The position numbers and the translations under genes are program-made. From an uncultured Nitrospiraceae bacterium (GTDB taxonomy: Bacteria; Nitrospirota; Thermodesulfovibrionia; Thermodesulfovibrionales; UBA6898), in the NCBI GenBank assembly GCA_963811165.1, contig CAWEQH010000009.1, positions 1 through 64,000 on the forward strand: DNA of 64,000 nucleotides, written 5' to 3'. The notes beneath the pieces were generated by a model, which searched no databases, was not told the DNA's origin, and was given only the letters and a program-made list of their open reading frames with translations. This document shows positions 59,843 to 64,000 of this stretch, in pieces. Numbering within the stretch: position 1 is the stretch's first letter; the number at the start of each line of letters is the position of its first letter.

Positions 59843-60154
59843 ATGTCGTTAATCGATACCATCAGGAATGCGATGCTTGCCGGTTTCGGGATGCAGGAGA
59901 AGGTGAAGGAATTCGTTGATGACCTCGTGAAAAAAGGTGAGCTGAGCGAGTCCCAGGCCGCAAAGCTCGTGAAGGAGTGGTCTGATAAATTCGAAAAAAA
60001 CACTACCGACATCAGCAAGAGTCTTAACGAAGTGGTGACCAAGACACTAGAGAAGATGAACCTCTCGACGAAGGACGATATTCAGAAGCTTAACGAAAAA
60101 GTCGATACGCTGGCTGCAAGGCTGGCGAAGATCGAAGATAGAAAAGCGGAGTGA
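59843..60154 (+). CDS. Phasin-like / PhaI-F-like small protein
   Basis: MLAGFG..EK..EFVDDLVKKGELSE, LSTKDDI..L..KV..L; upstream of ubiB. Confidence 0.8.
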   Translation: MSLIDTIRNAMLAGFGMQEKVKEFVDDLVKKGELSESQAAKLVKEWSDKFEKNTTDISKSLNEVVTKTLEKMNLSTKDDIQKLNEKVDTLAARLAKIEDRKAE

Positions 60155-60169
60155 CGGGAAGGCTGCTAG

Positions 60170-61873
60170 ATGCCCTTTAACCTTCTGGGCCTCAGAAGGA
60201 CATTCAGAAACGCAAACAGGGTAGGGCAGATCGTCAATGTCTTTCTCAAATACGGCTTCGGAAAGATAGTCGACCAGCTTCACCTCAACAGGTTCGTCCC
60301 GTTCAGAAAGCGTCTCAGGACCTTCGGTCAGTGGCCTCCTCTGAAAAGCCCGACCGTGCCTGAAAAACTCAGGATGGCCTTTGCCGAGCTCGGCCCGAGT
60401 TTCATCAAGCTCGCCCAGATACTTTCGACGAGGCCCGACCTCATCAGCAAGCCCTTTGCGGACGAATTCAAGAAGCTTCAGGACAGGGTCCCCCCTTTTC
60501 CCGCTGAAGAGGCGAGGGCGATAGTAGAGGCAGAGACCGGCCGTCCCGTCGAGCAGGTATTTTCCAGACTCGACGCCGATCCGGTAGCTGCTGCCTCGAT
60601 AGCCCAGGTATATCACGGGACGTTGCGAGACGGCAGTGAGGTGGTCGTCAAGGTCCAGAGGCCGGGGATCAGGGACCAGATTGAGACTGACATCAGCATC
60701 CTGACGGCGGTGGCCCAGCTGATGGAGAGGTACATATCCGAGAGCGTCTTTTATAACCCCACCGGCATTGTCGAAGAATTTGCGAGGACCGTCAGGAAAG
60801 AGCTCGATTTTACCGAGGAGGCGAGGAACTGCGTCCGGTTCAGGAGGAACTTCGAGTCTGTCCATGAGGTGGTCATTCCGAAGATCTACAGTGAATTCAC
60901 GACGGACACGCTTCTCGTCATGGAGAGGATCGACGGCGTAAGGATAGACGACATTGCAGAGATTACCGCACTCGGGCTTGACCGGGTGAGACTGGCGAAG
61001 ATCGGCGTGGACGCCTATTTCAAGCAGGTGCTCGAGGACGGTTTTTTTCATGCGGACCCTCATGCGGGCAATATCTTCGCGCTGAGGGACGGCAGGATAG
61101 GGTTCATGGATTTCGGGATAGTCGGGAGGGTCACGCCCGAACTCAGGGAGACGATGGCTAATACCTTTCTCGCCCTGATCCACAAGGACTTCGACAGGCT
61201 TATCGAGCAGTACATCGAACTCGGTCTCGTGCCCGAACACGTTGACCTCGACGTATTCAGAAGGGAATTCAGGCTGGACCTCGCGGATTTTCTCGAGCCG
61301 CTCTACGGTCGGACGTTAAAAGAGTTGAATTTTGCGGAATACATGGACACCGTGACCCATCTTGCGATCAAGCATAGGATGAAGATACCGTCTGACCTGA
61401 TACTCGTCAATAAGGCGATGCTTATCCTTGAAAACCTCGGCCGGGAACTCGACCCGGATTTCGATTTCATAGCCGCCGCGGAGCCCTATGCGACAAAGCT
61501 CGTGAAGGAGAGGATAAGTCCGGGCAGGATCTATGAGAAGACAAGAAAAAACCTTATGGAAGTGAGCGACTTCGTGGTGCTCTTCCCTAAGCAGATGAAA
61601 CAGATCATAAGGAAGATCCTGAAGGACGACATCCATATCAAGATGACGCATATGGGGCTCGATAAATTCATACGGGACATGGACCGTTCGAGCAACAGGA
61701 TATCCTTCAGTCTTATCATAAGCGCCATCCTGCTCAGCTCGGCGATCATGCATGCCACGGGTGTCGGCCCTAAGTATCATGGCATGTCGATCCTCGGTTT
61801 CCTCTCCTTCGGCTTCGCCTTTCTTATGGGCATCTGGCTTCTCATATCGATAATAAGGTCGGGCAGGCTCTGA
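60170..61873 (+). CDS. ubiB: ABC1/UbiB-family atypical kinase
   Basis: ELGPSFIKLAQILSTRPDL, AAASIAQV, VKVQRPG, GFFHADPH.GN, DFGIVG, two C-terminal TM helices. Confidence 0.92.
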   Translation: MPFNLLGLRRTFRNANRVGQIVNVFLKYGFGKIVDQLHLNRFVPFRKRLRTFGQWPPLKSPTVPEKLRMAFAELGPSFIKLAQILSTRPDLISKPFADEFKKLQDRVPPFPAEEARAIVEAETGRPVEQVFSRLDADPVAAASIAQVYHGTLRDGSEVVVKVQRPGIRDQIETDISILTAVAQLMERYISESVFYNPTGIVEEFARTVRKELDFTEEARNCVRFRRNFESVHEVVIPKIYSEFTTDTLLVMERIDGVRIDDIAEITALGLDRVRLAKIGVDAYFKQVLEDGFFHADPHAGNIFALRDGRIGFMDFGIVGRVTPELRETMANTFLALIHKDFDRLIEQYIELGLVPEHVDLDVFRREFRLDLADFLEPLYGRTLKELNFAEYMDTVTHLAIKHRMKIPSDLILVNKAMLILENLGRELDPDFDFIAAAEPYATKLVKERISPGRIYEKTRKNLMEVSDFVVLFPKQMKQIIRKILKDDIHIKMTHMGLDKFIRDMDRSSNRISFSLIISAILLSSAIMHATGVGPKYHGMSILGFLSFGFAFLMGIWLLISIIRSGRL

Positions 61874-61944
61874 ACAGTTGAAGTTATACTTGCATCTATT
61901 TATATTTCTGAAACAACAGCAAGGGGAAAGGGGGGATTAGGGAC

Positions 61945-62526
61945 ATGTCCGACACCAGGTATTGTTTATGCTGCGATGAGCAGGTGCCTTTTGGTTTGGT
62001 GGAGAGGAATGAACGGAGGGAGGTCACCTGCAATTACTGCGGATTTATACTCGATATCGAGAAATTTGCAGAGATGCGTCAGGTGGATTCAAAGGGGTAT
62101 ACGCTCGTCGCCGACGATTCGAGGTACACAAGAAAAATAATCGAGGACCTCGTCATCGATAAGAAATTCTCCTCGGACGTCATGTCTTTTGAAAACGGAC
62201 TCGAACTGATCACTGCATACTCCAAATTCCTTGCGGAAAGGAAGGCGGTCGACGTAGCGATTATCGATCTCAACATGCCGGTGATGAACGGTCTTACCGC
62301 TGCCAGGGCGATCCGGGCGATCGAGGCGCAGAAGAAGATTCCCTTTGTCCCGATAGTTTTTTTCTCGGCTGAAAAGGCTGACGATGACCTCAAGGAACAG
62401 ATGCAGAGCCTCGAGCCCGCCTATTATGTAAACAAGGGCTCTGACCCCGACCCCGATAAACTTGCCGGCCGTGTCGAGTATTTGTTGGGATATTTGCGGG
62501 ACAAGTTCGGTCGCCAGCCGGGATAA
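61945..62526 (+). CDS. Response regulator with an N-terminal zinc-ribbon-like motif
   Basis: CLCC...CNYC, then a REC domain (VADDS, IIDLNMPVMNG, FFSA, VNKG). Confidence 0.85.
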   Translation: MSDTRYCLCCDEQVPFGLVERNERREVTCNYCGFILDIEKFAEMRQVDSKGYTLVADDSRYTRKIIEDLVIDKKFSSDVMSFENGLELITAYSKFLAERKAVDVAIIDLNMPVMNGLTAARAIRAIEAQKKIPFVPIVFFSAEKADDDLKEQMQSLEPAYYVNKGSDPDPDKLAGRVEYLLGYLRDKFGRQPG

Positions 62527-62594
62527 TCGATCGAGCTCAGGAGAGAACCAGCTTCTCTTAAGAGGCTTAAAAAAATCTCCCCCAAAGGAGATCT

Positions 62595-62990
62595 CTAAAC
62601 TCCCGCTCTTTGGGGAAGCCCATGATACTGAATGGTAACTTTATAGGTGATGTCTACATGCCTGGAGGTGATGCCGCTGCCCTCACAATGTAACTCTCCC
62701 TTTTCCGATGATACATGATTTCTGATCATCTGTGTGACAACCTGGTCAAGATGGAACCCTTCCGTGCAATCCTTACAATCTCTGTTGAGGCATTCAACAC
62801 GGAAATACGCGTGGCTTTCGGAGAAGAAATTGAGAGTCCGCAATAAGTGAACCGCACCCATTCCCTTTCCGTTGTGTTCCATGTCAACGACTATGCCTGA
62901 AACTTCGGGAAAACGCTGAGAAATAAGTCCGGCATCATCCCTCTCCTGTGTTCTTTCCAGCTTTGCATCACACTTTTCACGATAGGTCAT
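62595..62990 (-). CDS. Hypothetical Cys-containing protein
   Basis: 131-aa ORF with AAGG RBS; CLNRDCKDC. Confidence 0.7.
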   Translation of the reverse strand: MTYREKCDAKLERTQERDDAGLISQRFPEVSGIVVDMEHNGKGMGAVHLLRTLNFFSESHAYFRVECLNRDCKDCTEGFHLDQVVTQMIRNHVSSEKGELHCEGSGITSRHVDITYKVTIQYHGLPQRAGV

Positions 62991-63134
62991 TATTCACCTT
63001 TCAGATGACGGGGCTCGTTGAACTGATCTATTAATACCACGTCCCGGGTCCATAAGTCCAATCGGTCCCGGGATAACAGCCATTACCGGGGGAAAGGGCC
63101 TTTACGTATTGTAAGAACCCTCTTCTCACGGGGG

Positions 63135-63635
63135 TTACTCCTGGTAGCCCACGGATGTCACCACAAAGGCCTCCGTACCGCCTGGTCTGATCACCACAAC
63201 TTCTTCCCCCTCGGTCTTGTGCAATAACGCTTTTGCCATCGGAGAATCGATACTGATAAAACCCCTCTCGGCGTCGAATTCGTCCGGGCCGACAATACGA
63301 TACCGGAACCGGCCCCCCCCTGAACCCTCAAGCTCGACCCAGGCGCCGAAAAACACCTTCGACGCATCATCAGGCTTCCTGTCCACGACAATCAACTCGC
63401 TTAACCTCTTTGTGAGGAACCTCATGCGGGAATCGATCTGTCTTAATTGTTTCTTACCGTAAATATACTCGGCGTTTTCTGACCGGTCCCCCATGGCAGC
63501 GGCTTCGGCAACCGCCTGTGTCACCTGCGGGCGCTTCACCTTCCAGAGGTATGACAGTTCCTCGCTTAAATGCGTTCGCCCTTCAGGCGTAATATACGGG
63601 GAGACGTTTGCGTTGTGAAGGGAGGGCCTGGCCAT
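63135..63635 (-). CDS. greB: Transcription elongation factor GreB
   Basis: ITPEG...L..LW...RP.VT..V..AAA.GDRSENAEYIYGKK.LR.ID, ISIDSPMAKALL. Confidence 0.95.
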   Translation of the reverse strand: MARPSLHNANVSPYITPEGRTHLSEELSYLWKVKRPQVTQAVAEAAAMGDRSENAEYIYGKKQLRQIDSRMRFLTKRLSELIVVDRKPDDASKVFFGAWVELEGSGGGRFRYRIVGPDEFDAERGFISIDSPMAKALLHKTEGEEVVVIRPGGTEAFVVTSVGYQE

Positions 63636-63638
63636 TCC

Positions 63639-63842
63639 TTATTTCCTTTTTTTGTCCCCTTCGTCTTTACGGGCGGTATGAGTGATGATGAAATTCTCCG
63701 GCCGGAGGTCCGGATCTTTCTCCAGCTCCTCGACAAAGACAGTGATCGCCTTTCGCATGAAGGCCGAGAAGTGTATACGTCCCGGTAATGCCTGGATCCT
63801 CTGTCGTGTATCTTCGTCGATTGTTGCCGTATACTTTGCCAT
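63639..63842 (-). CDS. Small putative ribbon-helix-helix DNA-binding protein
   Basis: GGAGG RBS; KYTATID strand, helix, then FSAFMRKAI helix. Confidence 0.55.
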   Translation of the reverse strand: MAKYTATIDEDTRQRIQALPGRIHFSAFMRKAITVFVEELEKDPDLRPENFIITHTARKDEGDKKRK

Positions 63843-64000
63843 AACTGTTCCTCCGTTCCTTATATGGTATTATAACGGAACCACCGCTTCGCCGTGTCGC
63901 AACCCGCCGCCAGGAGTGAAAGGCGGTCCTTCTGCCGGGCAATTCACCGGCCCAAGACAGAGTGTCTGCTCAAGTAGAACAACCCCGCAGCGATCGAAAT

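Noticed and set aside
63940..64000. Possible 3' end of a minus-strand gene (ISIAAGLFYLSRHSVLGR*)
   Set aside because: Too short at the window edge to support a call.

Overview
A bacterial chromosomal window, probably from Nitrospirota (Thermodesulfovibrionia-like) or a Desulfobacterota relative; this is inferred from gene order only. The right ~40 kb is mostly housekeeping: an A2-type caa3/cc(o/b)o3-like cytochrome c oxidase operon, two sensor kinases, RluA, GH57, a GroES with a long Lys/Ala-rich tail, citrate synthase, a tripartite RND pump, pgpA-cinA-thpR-recA-pilT-recX-alaS, ubiB and greB. About 11.5-24.2 kb is an accessory patchwork. It holds a complete IS110/IS1111 element, whose non-coding end carries guide-like matches to its own target and donor junction, inserted in nested palindromic repeats. 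It also holds a toxin-antitoxin pair, a beta-propeller protein, and two paralogous flank pairs enclosing different genes. The most striking part is a divergent, peptidoglycan-themed nuclease island at 20.3-23.9 kb: HNH plus RsiV/DUF3298 on one strand, and GT51 transglycosylase, PD-(D/E)XK nuclease and a LysM protein on the other. Single-base frameshifts also hit conserved genes such as recA and the RND permease, so many broken frames are probably sequencing or assembly errors. All domain calls come from motif recognition by eye; no database searches were run.
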